From: a candidate division WOR-3 bacterium
Lineage (GTDB): Bacteria; Hydrothermota; Tepidihabitantia; Tepidihabitantales; Tepidihabitantaceae
Reading direction: 5' to 3'
NCBI GenBank assembly: GCA_965649205.1
Contig: CBFGJV010000008.1
Span: 1-64,000 of the forward strand
DNA length: 64,000 nucleotides
Shown: positions 21,840 to 31,347 of the stretch, piece by piece
Layout: every line of letters starts with the position of its first letter
Numbering within the stretch: the stretch's first letter is position 1
Notes under the pieces: generated by a model
Databases searched by the model: none
Seen by the model: only the letters and a program-made list of their open reading frames with translations
Told to the model about the DNA's origin: nothing
Position numbers and translations under genes: made by a program

Positions 21840-23005
21840 CTTCTTTGTTTCTCCCGACTCAGAAGCCAGCGGCCTATCCGGCAGGCAGCCTCCCGCAGCT
21901 TTTCCTCCGACTGAACCAGAGCGAATCGGACGTAACCTCGTCCACAACGACCAAAGCCCGACCCGGGCGCAGCCACAACTTTTGTTTCCCTCAGCATATC
22001 CAGAACAAACCGGACATCGTCTTCGTCTGCCCGCGCCCAGACATAGAATGTAGCCTCAGGACGCGCTACTTGCCAACCGTTCCGCTCCAGTTCCAAACAG
22101 AAAACATCCCGACGACGCCGATATAGTTTGCAGATTCCGCCTGCCAATTTCTCCGCATTCTTGAGTGCGTACGCCGCGGCATCCTGAATAGCACCGAACG
22201 GTCCGGAATCAGTATTCTGCTTCACCTTTAGAAGAGATTGGAGTAGGCCCTGATTACCAACTGCCATGCCGATTCGCCAACCGGCAAGCGAAAAAGTTTT
22301 TGACAAGGAGTGAAATTCCACGCAGCAGGTTTCTGCACCTGGAATTTCCAGTATGCTTGGCGGAGATACTGCCCCAAATGCAATTTCAGAATACACATTG
22401 TCATTAGATATATAGAACCCATGCTTCAGGGCGAGAGCTACCAGCTCCTGATAGAAACTACGAGTTGCTACTGCGGCAGTAGGGTTGTTTGGAAAATTGA
22501 TACAGAGGAGTTTAATACGGGGAGCGAGACGTCGTATCTGCTCCAAGTCTGGTAAAAAGTTATTGGCCTCCAGAAGTGGTATCGCTACCAGCCTGGCACC
22601 AGCCAAGCGGGTCTGATTGGCATACATGGGGAAAACAGGATCGGCTACGGCAACCGTATCGCCCGGACCAGCGACCCCCCAGATAAGATGGGCTATGCCC
22701 TCTTTGGAACCCAAAAGCATCACTACTTGTGATGCAGGGTCAAGCCTCACCCCAAAACGACGACGATACCAGTCCGCGACTGCCAAGCGAACAGAAAGCT
22801 TTCCCGCATAAGTAGGATAACGATGATTCTCTGTATTGCGCAGCGCCTCTCGTAAAGCCCTCATAATCGGCCTTGGAGGAGGAATGTCCGGGTTGCCTTC
22901 ACACAAATCTATCATCTTGCCTCCCATACGAGATTTAAGGGCGTCAAGCTCGCTAAAGAGATACGGAGGGATCAGGCTAAGTCTTCTGGCAGCTGCTTCT
23001 CGCAT
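21836..23005 (-). CDS. PLP-dependent class I/II aminotransferase (LL-DAP aminotransferase-like)
   Basis: [37 protein letters not shown]; coupled to lysC. Confidence 0.85.
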   Translation of the reverse strand: MREAAARRLSLIPPYLFSELDALKSRMGGKMIDLCEGNPDIPPPRPIMRALREALRNTENHRYPTYAGKLSVRLAVADWYRRRFGVRLDPASQVVMLLGSKEGIAHLIWGVAGPGDTVAVADPVFPMYANQTRLAGARLVAIPLLEANNFLPDLEQIRRLAPRIKLLCINFPNNPTAAVATRSFYQELVALALKHGFYISNDNVYSEIAFGAVSPPSILEIPGAETCCVEFHSLSKTFSLAGWRIGMAVGNQGLLQSLLKVKQNTDSGPFGAIQDAAAYALKNAEKLAGGICKLYRRRRDVFCLELERNGWQVARPEATFYVWARADEDDVRFVLDMLRETKVVAAPGSGFGRCGRGYVRFALVQSEEKLREAACRIGRWLLSREKQRR

Positions 23006-23126
23006 GGCCCTAGATTTACCCGAAACGACCCTGCTGTCAAGATTGCTTCCCCTCCGTATACCTGCGTAACATCTCAGAAAACCACACCCATGCCGGGCAT
23101 GCGCCACGACCAAGAAAATAGCCGGC

Positions 23127-23158
23127 GAAAAAACAAAGGGCAGTATTGCTACTGCCCC
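23127..23158 (-). terminator. Intrinsic terminator after the lipoprotein gene
   Basis: Stem GGGCAGTA/TACTGCCC followed by a T-rich run on the minus strand. Confidence 0.65.
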
Positions 23159-23178
23159 TGTACGATTTCCTCCCTATC

Positions 23179-24224
23179 TTATGGAAGACCCAAGAACCCG
23201 TTATCAGTATCACCGTTGTCAAAATTCTCGTTTATAGCTGTAATCGCATTATTTATCTGCGAAGCGTTACCAGCCCCACCTCCTAAAATTCGGTTTCCCT
23301 CGTTCAGAACCTGTTGTACAGTCCAGCCATAGTAAGGACTGGCTACATCCTTTACTATCAGGTCCTTCAGATTCAGTGGGGACGGTGAGAAATCCGGATC
23401 GTATTCATCGAATCTGACGTTCAGCGTTAATGCCGTCACCTGCCCAGCCAAAACTGATATACCGCCAGTTGGATTAACCCAGTTCTGTGTCAAAGAAGCT
23501 GGTGTTTTCCCGTCCGGTAGATATTCTGTCACTGCCCAAGCATCAGTGAGGGTAATGGTGTAGTTGCCACCTACCACAAGCCCGCTTGGAAACGCGCCTG
23601 CAAAGTTGGCATGGAGATACGCTCCCGGATTGCTGCCTCTCGGAACTGCACCCCACCCGCCTTGAGTATAGGTCTTGAATTCTCCCAGCAAGCCACCGCC
23701 ACCACCATTCTGTATCGTGTAGGCAATATACATTCCCCAGTTAGCGCCCGGAAACTGTGTGCCTTTGCCCCAACCGGTTTCTTGCTGTACTACCTCCCCG
23801 TCGACAAGACGATCCAGTGAGGCATGTGCCGCTATGTACACTGTCGTCCCAATAGCCCAGGTCAAAGGGATAGTAAATGTGTACACTTGCACCCGGGGGT
23901 CGAACAGCATTTTGTAGCTGAACTTGCCCGGTATTGGGTTGCCGGTTTTGGTTTGTGGTATGGATTGCCTGAGCTTGCAACGTGGCACGCAGCTGACGTC
24001 AACCACCAATTTTCTACCGTTGCGTACTCAACATACAGGTTAGCCGCATCATTCCACACGCTTACGCTACCCGCCACTAGGTGCTGACCAGCCAAAAGGT
24101 CAACCACCAGTCGAGTTACATCAGCGTTAATGTGTCGATCTGCTTCCCTGTACATGGATTTGCACCCACACCACAATAGTACAGACAATAAGACTGTAAC
24201 CAGAGTTTTGGTATGACTATTCAC
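23179..24224 (-). pseudogene. Frameshifted (or mis-assembled) lipoprotein with C-terminal TQGGWG domain
   Basis: SD AAGGAGG plus GTG 24224, lipobox LWCGC; ORFs 23862-24320 and 23179-24009 join near 23970 (..CHVAS / QSIPQTKTGNP..). Confidence 0.7.
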
Positions 24225-24442
24225 GAACAACCTCCTTCTGCTCATTATGCCTTCTCTACCTTCTGCATTTATTTGCCCGACTTGAACGGCGGGCCCCCGT
24301 TTGTTGTTTCTGCACCACACCTCCTTGATTGGTAAAACCTAACTCCTCGTCCCCGTATGTACTGATGGTAGTCTACGTGGACGGCCCTACTTTAAATACC
24401 AGATTGTTACATGGACAATTCGGAGTACCCTTGCTTAGTAAG

Positions 24443-24539
24443 AATATAATTGCCATTTTCTAAATGTCAAGAGCAAATCTCCCCAAAAACAAAAATGCCC
24501 CCAAACACCTCTTGACAAAATACTTCGCAGCACTAATAT
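24443..24539. promoter_or_regulatory. Divergent promoters TTGACA-N16-TATATT (-) and TTGACA-N16-TAATAT (+, lexA)
   Basis: Minus 24470-24465 and 24448-24443; plus 24512-24517 and 24534-24539. Confidence 0.65.
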
Positions 24540-24557
24540 GTAAACATATGTTTACAT
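24538..24557. promoter_or_regulatory. Candidate LexA operator, perfect palindrome ATGTAAACATATGTTTACAT
   Basis: 20-bp perfect palindrome overlapping the lexA -10 and ATG. Confidence 0.7.
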
Positions 24558-25141
24558 CAAAGAGCGTCCGCCGGCAGAAAATAGTTGAGTTTGTAAGAAA
24601 GTACATAGAAGAGCATGGGTTTTCTCCTAGTTTCAGGGAAATAGGTAGGGCCGTAGGAATAAAAAGTACTAAAGCGGTGAAGTACCATATAGACGTATTA
24701 ACCAAAGAAGGTGTCTTGAGTCGCACACCGGGGCAAGCCCGTTCACTTCGGGGTGGAATTTACCCCTATTCTATACCCCTGGTTGGCAGAATTGCTGCCG
24801 GTACGCCGATTTTGGCAGTAGAAAATATAGAAGAAAATATATCTTTCGACCGATTCCAAGGGTGTTTCCTGCTTCGAGTGCAGGGAGAAAGCATGTCTGG
24901 CGCCGGCATAATGCCCGGTGATATGGTTATAGTACGTCCCAATACAGAACCACAGAATGGAGACATAATTGTAGCCCTTATGGACGAGGAGGCCACAGTA
25001 AAAAAATTCCGCCGCGAAAACGGGCAGATAGTACTTCTGCCGGAAAACCCTGCTTTCTCCCCTGTCATAATCCAGGATTCACCCACAACCCAGTTTCGGA
25101 TAATCGGGGTAGTGGTCGGGTTGTTGCGAAGTTACAAATGA
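24548..25141 (+). CDS. lexA: LexA repressor
   Basis: wHTH (PSFREIG), Ala-Gly site GRIAAGTP, catalytic GESM and TVKK; likely start ATG 24548. Confidence 0.95.
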   Translation: MFTSKSVRRQKIVEFVRKYIEEHGFSPSFREIGRAVGIKSTKAVKYHIDVLTKEGVLSRTPGQARSLRGGIYPYSIPLVGRIAAGTPILAVENIEENISFDRFQGCFLLRVQGESMSGAGIMPGDMVIVRPNTEPQNGDIIVALMDEEATVKKFRRENGQIVLLPENPAFSPVIIQDSPTTQFRIIGVVVGLLRSYK

Positions 25142-25173
25142 GGCGATTTAACACACCTGCCGGCTAAGAAAAA

Positions 25174-25449
25174 ATGACCCACACCGCTATCAACGAAAAG
25201 GTGGTAGTATATGTATTATACCCTAACCCGCAGGGGCCCTCGAATCCACATGAACGGATGCGGCCGGTGTTCTTTGTCTGGCGCAATAAGGCATACCGCG
25301 TGCATAAAATTACCTACGTATGGCGCGAGCGCCTAGGTGATTTTGAAAGTTACCACTACGCCGTATCAGATGGGGCTAATGTGTACGAGCTTTGTTATGA
25401 AACTAAAAGTTTCGTCTGGACCCTGTTGAACATTTACTGCGCGGAATGA
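25174..25449 (+). CDS. Small DUF6504/ImuB C-terminal-like protein
   Basis: P..F.WR...Y.V......ER.....HY.V.D...YEL.Y.....W.L pattern; between lexA and dinB, ATGA-coupled to dinB. Confidence 0.65.
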   Translation: MTHTAINEKVVVYVLYPNPQGPSNPHERMRPVFFVWRNKAYRVHKITYVWRERLGDFESYHYAVSDGANVYELCYETKSFVWTLLNIYCAE

Positions 25450-26780
25450 GAAAGGCCGTTCGGGAATATTTAGATTCGAAACTCGAGGCTCGGGCAGAAA
25501 GTCCGTCGCAGAACCCAAAACAACGTACAATCCTCCATGTAGATATGGATGCTTTTTTCGCCTCTGTAGAACAACAGACTTACCCGTTCCTACGCGGTAA
25601 ACCTGTAGGCGTCTGCGGTAATCCTAATAGCCGCACCGTAATTGCTGCAGCTTCTTATGAAGCTAAACGGATGGGCGTAAAAACCGCAATGACCATTCCC
25701 GAAGCTCGCCGCCTTTGTCCGGAGATTATTCTCATAACCGGTAATCCGGCAAAATATATAGACACTTCCACACGTATCGTTGCCTTTTATACAAGCCTAA
25801 CCGATTTGGTTGAAGTTTTTTCTATAGACGAAGCCTTTCTGGATATTACCCACACACTCCACCCTCATAGAAACACGGAAGAAATAGCCATCTCTATCAA
25901 AGAATACATCCGGAAGAATTTCGGTCTTACCTGTTCTATTGGTATCGCACCCAACAAAACGCTAGCCAAGTTAGCAGGTGAGATGCAAAAACCAGACGGG
26001 CTTACTATCATACGTCCCGAAGAAGTTCCTGCTCTTTTAGAAAAAACTCCGGTAGAGGCTATTTGTGGCATCGGGCCCAAAACTAAAGAGAAACTTAACA
26101 GGCTAAATATCTATACCTGTGCCGATTTGGGTCGTTATCCAGAAAGTAAATTGCGTGCTGTATTTGGTGTCAACGCTATAAGATTACACAATATTGGCCT
26201 GGGGCAAGACGAAAGTCCTGTATTGCCCTGCTGGCACGAACCAGAGACAAAATCCATGGGGCATTCTTTAACCCTAGAACGTGACACACAAAACCCGGAA
26301 GTGATAAAACGGATTCTGCTTCAACTCTCTGAGCAGGTAGCCCGCAGGCTCCGACAAGAAGACTATACGAGCAGAACTGTATCCTTGACTCTACGCTACT
26401 CCGATTTTTCCACTCATCTGCGCCAACGTAGCTTAACTAACCACATCGATGACGGACTCCAGATTTATTCCACCGCTTGGAAGTTATTCTCTGAACTTTA
26501 CTGCCCCGGAAAGTTGGTCCGCTTGCTGGGGGTAAGCGTGTCCGGCCTTATCCGAAACTTGGCCCATCAGTTGCAGTTATCAATGTGTACCTATAACGAG
26601 CCCTTATCCACTGCAATAGATAGTGTCAGGGATCGTTACGGTGAATTTTCTATTGCTCGAAGCAGGCTGTTAGGGTCGACTGCAACAAACTTTTCTGGGA
26701 CGCGTAATAATCCTAACACGCAGATACCGCGGGTAATACCCCCGTCCTGGGACGGAAAAAACTTCCTCAAAAAATTATAG
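25446..26780 (+). CDS. dinB: Y-family DNA polymerase IV
   Basis: LHVDMDAFFASVE, AASYEAK, SIDEAFLD, LAKLA..KPDG, little-finger domain, QLQL clamp-like motif. Confidence 0.95.
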   Translation: MRKAVREYLDSKLEARAESPSQNPKQRTILHVDMDAFFASVEQQTYPFLRGKPVGVCGNPNSRTVIAAASYEAKRMGVKTAMTIPEARRLCPEIILITGNPAKYIDTSTRIVAFYTSLTDLVEVFSIDEAFLDITHTLHPHRNTEEIAISIKEYIRKNFGLTCSIGIAPNKTLAKLAGEMQKPDGLTIIRPEEVPALLEKTPVEAICGIGPKTKEKLNRLNIYTCADLGRYPESKLRAVFGVNAIRLHNIGLGQDESPVLPCWHEPETKSMGHSLTLERDTQNPEVIKRILLQLSEQVARRLRQEDYTSRTVSLTLRYSDFSTHLRQRSLTNHIDDGLQIYSTAWKLFSELYCPGKLVRLLGVSVSGLIRNLAHQLQLSMCTYNEPLSTAIDSVRDRYGEFSIARSRLLGSTATNFSGTRNNPNTQIPRVIPPSWDGKNFLKKL

Positions 26781-26784
26781 AACA

Positions 26785-27549
26785 CTAGCGACCATCTGCA
26801 CCAATCTCGTCGCCAGCAAAACCAAAAAAGCGCATTATCTCTTGTAGGGTTTCAACTGTAACCCCTGACTCCTTCTGACGAAACAGCGCCACTGTTGCCC
26901 CGGCTTGCGCCAGTGCCGCACTATCGCGCACCCCCTCTGCTGCCAACTCTGGTGTAACCGCCAGAAACACATCTACGTCCCCAATGTCCCCGTATCGTTG
27001 TCTACGGAGCGCTTCATCAAGAGGAGATGCGGCGACAGCTGCCACGCCCTGAAATACTTCCGGATGCCTAAGTCCCGTTACCAGGGCTGCAGTAGCAGCT
27101 CCCGGAAAACCTATCAAGAAACGCCATTCCCAGTCTATAGAAAACTGTTCTTCAAAGTCGGCAAGAATTTCCATAACCTGTTGCTCTACTGTCAAAGCCG
27201 CAGCAAATTCCCTGTTGGAATCATAGCCGGAGTCCGGACGCGGTGCCCAAGCATAGGCCTCATCAAAACGAAACGGCCCGCGGATAGCCAGAAGAATAAA
27301 ATCAGAATCGGCAAAAAAACCCTTGTCCCACATTGCCAGCGGTTCTTCTTCATCCTTCCCCTCGCTATGTAGAATCACGACCAGTGCCCAAGAAGTATCA
27401 TCAGGGGTATAGTCAATTGGGAGGCGGTAGGCATAACGGGGCGGGAAGTCTGGTTCGTATGCAGTTACCGCCGGTTCTCTCGGACCACAACTAGAAAGGA
27501 ACGAAAAACTACCTAAGCAGGCCAGAAGTAAAAGGCTATAAATACGCAC
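26785..27549 (-). CDS. Lipoprotein with alpha/beta-hydrolase (carboxylesterase-like) fold, possibly inactive
   Basis: Lipobox-like LSSC; LVVILH; elbow reads GFPGA. Confidence 0.6.
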   Translation of the reverse strand: MRIYSLLLLACLGSFSFLSSCGPREPAVTAYEPDFPPRYAYRLPIDYTPDDTSWALVVILHSEGKDEEEPLAMWDKGFFADSDFILLAIRGPFRFDEAYAWAPRPDSGYDSNREFAAALTVEQQVMEILADFEEQFSIDWEWRFLIGFPGAATAALVTGLRHPEVFQGVAAVAASPLDEALRRQRYGDIGDVDVFLAVTPELAAEGVRDSAALAQAGATVALFRQKESGVTVETLQEIMRFFGFAGDEIGADGR

Positions 27550-27620
27550 AGAAGAACAATAATAGTAACAAACAGATTGGGGTCAAATTCTCGCACTAAT
27601 TAGGTTATACCAGTGCTTAC

Positions 27621-28922
27621 CTACGCTGGGTGGAGAAACCAGAATTGCTCTTCACCTACCACACCAGCAATCACCCGACCTACGAGTTCCCGACCGAAAA
27701 ATGGTGAATTACGAGAGCGCGACAGAACAAGATCGGGGGTGTATGTCCAACGCGCTTGTAGGTCAAGTATTACCAAGTCGGCGGGGTTTCCCGCTTTTAT
27801 ACCAACATCCTCCATGCCTAAAACGCGACCCGGTCCTGTGGTTAACTTGTCTATGTACTGAGGAAGGCTCATCAGGCCTGAAACTACTAACATCTCATAG
27901 CCAAGACTGAAAGCCGTTTCAAAGCCTATTATGCCCGGCGGAGCGGAAGCAAATTCTACCTCTTTGTCCTGCTTAGTATGCGGTGCGTGGTCAGTAGCGA
28001 TGGCATCGATGGTACCATCGACCAACGCAGTAAGTATTGCCTGTCTGTCACGTTCTGTACGCAGGGGCGGATTAACCCGATAGTTAGGATCAAAACTACT
28101 CAAGGCTTCGTCAGTCAGAGCAAAATAGTGCGGACACGTTTCGGCTGTCACTTTCACCCCTCGCGCCTTCGCGGCTCGTACCACTTCAACTGTGCGAGCG
28201 CAGGACACATGGCAAATATGTACTCTTGCTCCCACGTATTCGGCCAGCATTATATCACGGCAGGCTGCCGCCGCTTCGCCAACATCCGGTACGCCTGTGA
28301 GTCCTAAGCGCGTTGCCACCACGCCCTCGTGTGCAACCCCTTCCAGCCCGTTTAATTCGCAATGGCAGAATACTGGCAGGTCAAACGCCTTGGCGTATTC
28401 CAGTACCCGACGCATTACCTGCGCATCTGCAATCCAAGCTCCGTCGTCTGACAGAGCAACTACTCCGGCCTTTTTCATTCCGCCTATCTCGGCAAGTTCT
28501 TTTCCTTGCCTTCCCTTGGTACAGCAGCCTACAGGAAGAACTTTCGCAAAACCGCCCTCCTCTGCTCGATGCAACTCAAACCTGACAAGCGCTTCTGAAT
28601 CCACTGCCGGCGATGTATTGGGCATTGGGCAAACCTTGGTAAAACCGCCCGCCAAAGCGGCCTTGGTTCCTGTGGCAATCGTCTCTGCTTCTTCGTTGCC
28701 TGGTTCCCGCAGATGACAATGCAGATCCAGAAAACCGGGTGCAATATACTTATTTCTGCAATCAATCACCCGACAATTTTCTGTTCTCAGGGAACGTCCC
28801 ACCTCAACCACTTTGCCAGCTTCTATAAGCACGTCCAATAACAAAATCCGACCCCGTACCGGGTCAATCACCTTTCCCCCAGAAAGAAGCAATCTATCTG
28901 CTCGTTCTGGGCTATTCAGCAA
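27621..28922 (-). CDS. pyrC: Dihydroorotase
   Basis: DLHCHLREPG, MPNT, HICHVS, VNPPLR, ATDHAPH. Confidence 0.96.
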   Translation of the reverse strand: MLNSPERADRLLLSGGKVIDPVRGRILLLDVLIEAGKVVEVGRSLRTENCRVIDCRNKYIAPGFLDLHCHLREPGNEEAETIATGTKAALAGGFTKVCPMPNTSPAVDSEALVRFELHRAEEGGFAKVLPVGCCTKGRQGKELAEIGGMKKAGVVALSDDGAWIADAQVMRRVLEYAKAFDLPVFCHCELNGLEGVAHEGVVATRLGLTGVPDVGEAAAACRDIMLAEYVGARVHICHVSCARTVEVVRAAKARGVKVTAETCPHYFALTDEALSSFDPNYRVNPPLRTERDRQAILTALVDGTIDAIATDHAPHTKQDKEVEFASAPPGIIGFETAFSLGYEMLVVSGLMSLPQYIDKLTTGPGRVLGMEDVGIKAGNPADLVILDLQARWTYTPDLVLSRSRNSPFFGRELVGRVIAGVVGEEQFWFLHPA

Positions 28923-29994
28923 CAGTTCCTCCTCCTGCCAAAAGATACAATACGGCCATCCTCACTGCGACACCATTTGTCACTTGGCTCAAAATAAGAG
29001 TTTGGTTCAACTCCGATACTTCAAAGTCCATCTCCACGCCCCAGTTAACCGGCCCGGGGTGAGTAATAACAACATCCTTGCCCAACTTCTCCAAACGTTC
29101 CTTAGTCAAACCATACAGGTAGCGATACTCCCGCACAGACGGGAATAAACTGGAGCTAATTCGTTCCGTCTGTACCCGCAACATGTTCACGACATCCACC
29201 TCAAAAAGCACCTGGTCAAACTGGTAAAATACCTGGCAGCCCATCTCTTCAATATGCCGGGGAATCATCGTTGGCGGGCCACACACAGCCACGCGCGCCC
29301 CTAATTTCTGAAAACACAGTATGTTGGACCGGGCAACGCGCGAATGGGCTATGTCGCCCACAAGTAGGATGCGCTTACCTTCCAGGCTGCCCATTCTTTC
29401 CATCAAGGTAAAGGCATCCAGAAGTGCTTGGGTTGGATGTTCGTGACACCCGTCCCCGGCGTTCACAACAAAACAACGCAATCTTCTGGCCAAGAAATGG
29501 GCTGCCCCGGCTTGAGAATGTCTCACCACCACTCCGTCCACGCGCATCGCTTCAATATTACGTGCCGTGTCCAACAGGGTCTCTCCCTTTTTCATGGCCG
29601 ACCCCGCCTGCCCGAAATTGATACACTGCGCGCTCAGCCGATTAGCAGCTAAGGTAAAAGAGGTAGCCGTTCGGGTAGAAGGTTCCAAAAACAGGTTAAC
29701 TATGGTTTTACCGCGCAAAGCAGGAACTATCGGAATAGGGCGTTTCAGTACCTCCAGAAAAGTCTTGGCTTGCTTTAAAATTCCCTCTATCTGGGCTCGA
29801 CTCAGTCCCTCAATGCCCAGAAGATGTTTAATCGGCACTTCTGTCTGCACTGGCTCTTGCTTTGAACTCGGGCAAACTGGGGAAACGGTAGGTTCCGATT
29901 TGGCGAGCGTCTTTTTCCGTCTCAGTTGTGTTTCAGTTGTTGTAGACTTACGGAGTGTATTTCTAGGCTTGCGCTTGGAATCTTTCGGCTTCAC
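28912..29994 (-). CDS. pyrB: Aspartate carbamoyltransferase catalytic subunit
   Basis: EPSTRT, HEHPTQALLD, HSRVARS, HPGP; likely GTG 29994 overlapping the pyrR stop. Confidence 0.96.
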   Translation of the reverse strand: MKPKDSKRKPRNTLRKSTTTETQLRRKKTLAKSEPTVSPVCPSSKQEPVQTEVPIKHLLGIEGLSRAQIEGILKQAKTFLEVLKRPIPIVPALRGKTIVNLFLEPSTRTATSFTLAANRLSAQCINFGQAGSAMKKGETLLDTARNIEAMRVDGVVVRHSQAGAAHFLARRLRCFVVNAGDGCHEHPTQALLDAFTLMERMGSLEGKRILLVGDIAHSRVARSNILCFQKLGARVAVCGPPTMIPRHIEEMGCQVFYQFDQVLFEVDVVNMLRVQTERISSSLFPSVREYRYLYGLTKERLEKLGKDVVITHPGPVNWGVEMDFEVSELNQTLILSQVTNGVAVRMAVLYLLAGGGTVAE

Positions 29995-30527
29995 CTGCGG
30001 GTAACGAAAACTCCATCCCGACCGTCTTCTTCCAAAAGGCAAATGTCTACCAGGTCCTGCCGTCGGGTAGTTATCTTTGCCCCTACGAAATCGGGCTGTA
30101 TCGGCAGTTCCCGGTGACCGCGATCTACAAGTACAGCAAGCTGGATTCGTTTAGGCCTTCCAAAGTCCAACAGTTCAGAAAGCGCTGCCCTAACTGTGCG
30201 GCCGGTGAAGATAACATCGTCCACCAGAACCACAGTTCTACCGTTCAGATCAAAATCTATCTCCGAACCGCGTACTATCGGCGTCTCCGCCACCAAACGC
30301 AAATCGTCGCGGTACAGGGTAATATCCATTGCCCCCACGGGAATTTCAGCCCCGCGCCTCTGGGCAATAAGGCTGGCGAGCCTGCGGGCTAACGGAACTC
30401 CACGTCTCTTCACGCCGATTAATACCAGGTTTTTCTCGTCTCTATTGCGTTTATCTATATCCCTCGCCAGGGCTGCTACCAGCAATTTAACTCTGGCGGC
30501 AGAGATGGTAGGTCTTTTCGGTTTCAC
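29991..30527 (-). CDS. pyrR: PyrR (pyrimidine regulator/UPRTase)
   Basis: DITLYRDD, LVDDVIFTGRT, DRGHRELPI. Confidence 0.96.
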   Translation of the reverse strand: MKPKRPTISAARVKLLVAALARDIDKRNRDEKNLVLIGVKRRGVPLARRLASLIAQRRGAEIPVGAMDITLYRDDLRLVAETPIVRGSEIDFDLNGRTVVLVDDVIFTGRTVRAALSELLDFGRPKRIQLAVLVDRGHRELPIQPDFVGAKITTRRQDLVDICLLEEDGRDGVFVTRR

Positions 30528-30745
30528 TTTAGCAACAACGAAATAGGTATGATAACGCAGTACCCTAGAACCAAAAGCAATGGTGCGAGGGTAATGGAAC
30601 CGCGGGACAGTGTAAAAAATCCGATTATGACCGTCAGTAGGCCTACGCCCATAAGGATGTAGTTTTTCTTGCCCAAAGCAATCTGGGGACGACGCGGCTT
30701 TTTAACTGTCTGGGTAACTTTCTGTTTAGCTGGTTGCTGCTTCAT
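30524..30745 (-). CDS. Small 2-TM membrane protein (DUF3098-like)
   Basis: KKNYILM..G..., ITLAPLLLVLGY. Confidence 0.7.
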   Translation of the reverse strand: MKQQPAKQKVTQTVKKPRRPQIALGKKNYILMGVGLLTVIIGFFTLSRGSITLAPLLLVLGYCVIIPISLLLK

Positions 30746-30747
30746 CT

Positions 30748-31239
30748 TTATAACTCCTCGCGCCTCATCTTATTCTCATCATCAGTCGTGTCAAGCGGCG
30801 TCTGTGCTACTGCGACCGGTCCAAATCGATCGTCCTCTGGGGTCTGTGTGAAATGATTCTCCAAGTAGGCAAGAATCTGCTCTGGGTCTTGAGGCAAAAG
30901 CAAATGTACCCCCCGGAAGTTGTCCAAAAAAGTTCTGCGAGAGAATGGAGAAAGTACCACCCCTCCCGTAGTCCGAAAGTAACGTCTAAACCTGCTCCAC
31001 GGATATTTATAGCTAAACAATCGCTTGTCCACTGTCACCCCGTCTTTGTCAAACGTAAACGTAATCGGAAGAAAGTATGTATGCAAGGCTGCAAACAGAA
31101 CTACAATTGCCACTACGCCCAGAAGAACTCCGAAACGCCAAAAAGAAAAGCTTATTACCAACAATAGAATTGCGACCGCAAACCAGGTTTTGCCCGGCGT
31201 CTCCTTCGCCCGGTGTACTGTCCAACTGATCTTTTCCAT
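30748..31239 (-). CDS. Hypothetical membrane protein
   Basis: Two TMs, LSPF...LDNFRG motif; coupled to the pyr cluster. Confidence 0.7.
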   Translation of the reverse strand: MEKISWTVHRAKETPGKTWFAVAILLLVISFSFWRFGVLLGVVAIVVLFAALHTYFLPITFTFDKDGVTVDKRLFSYKYPWSRFRRYFRTTGGVVLSPFSRRTFLDNFRGVHLLLPQDPEQILAYLENHFTQTPEDDRFGPVAVAQTPLDTTDDENKMRREEL

Positions 31240-31347
31240 AATCGATTACAGAATCCTTGTCGATTATACTGAAACCGCAGCTATGTGCTACTTACTTGAC
31301 TTTCGTTCTCTCGGTGGCAATCTGAATTTACTAGCCAGGAGTAACAT

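Noticed and set aside
23179..26780. Integrated mobile element carrying lexA-dinB
   Set aside because: Appears more AT-rich, but no integrase, att repeats or IS ends were seen
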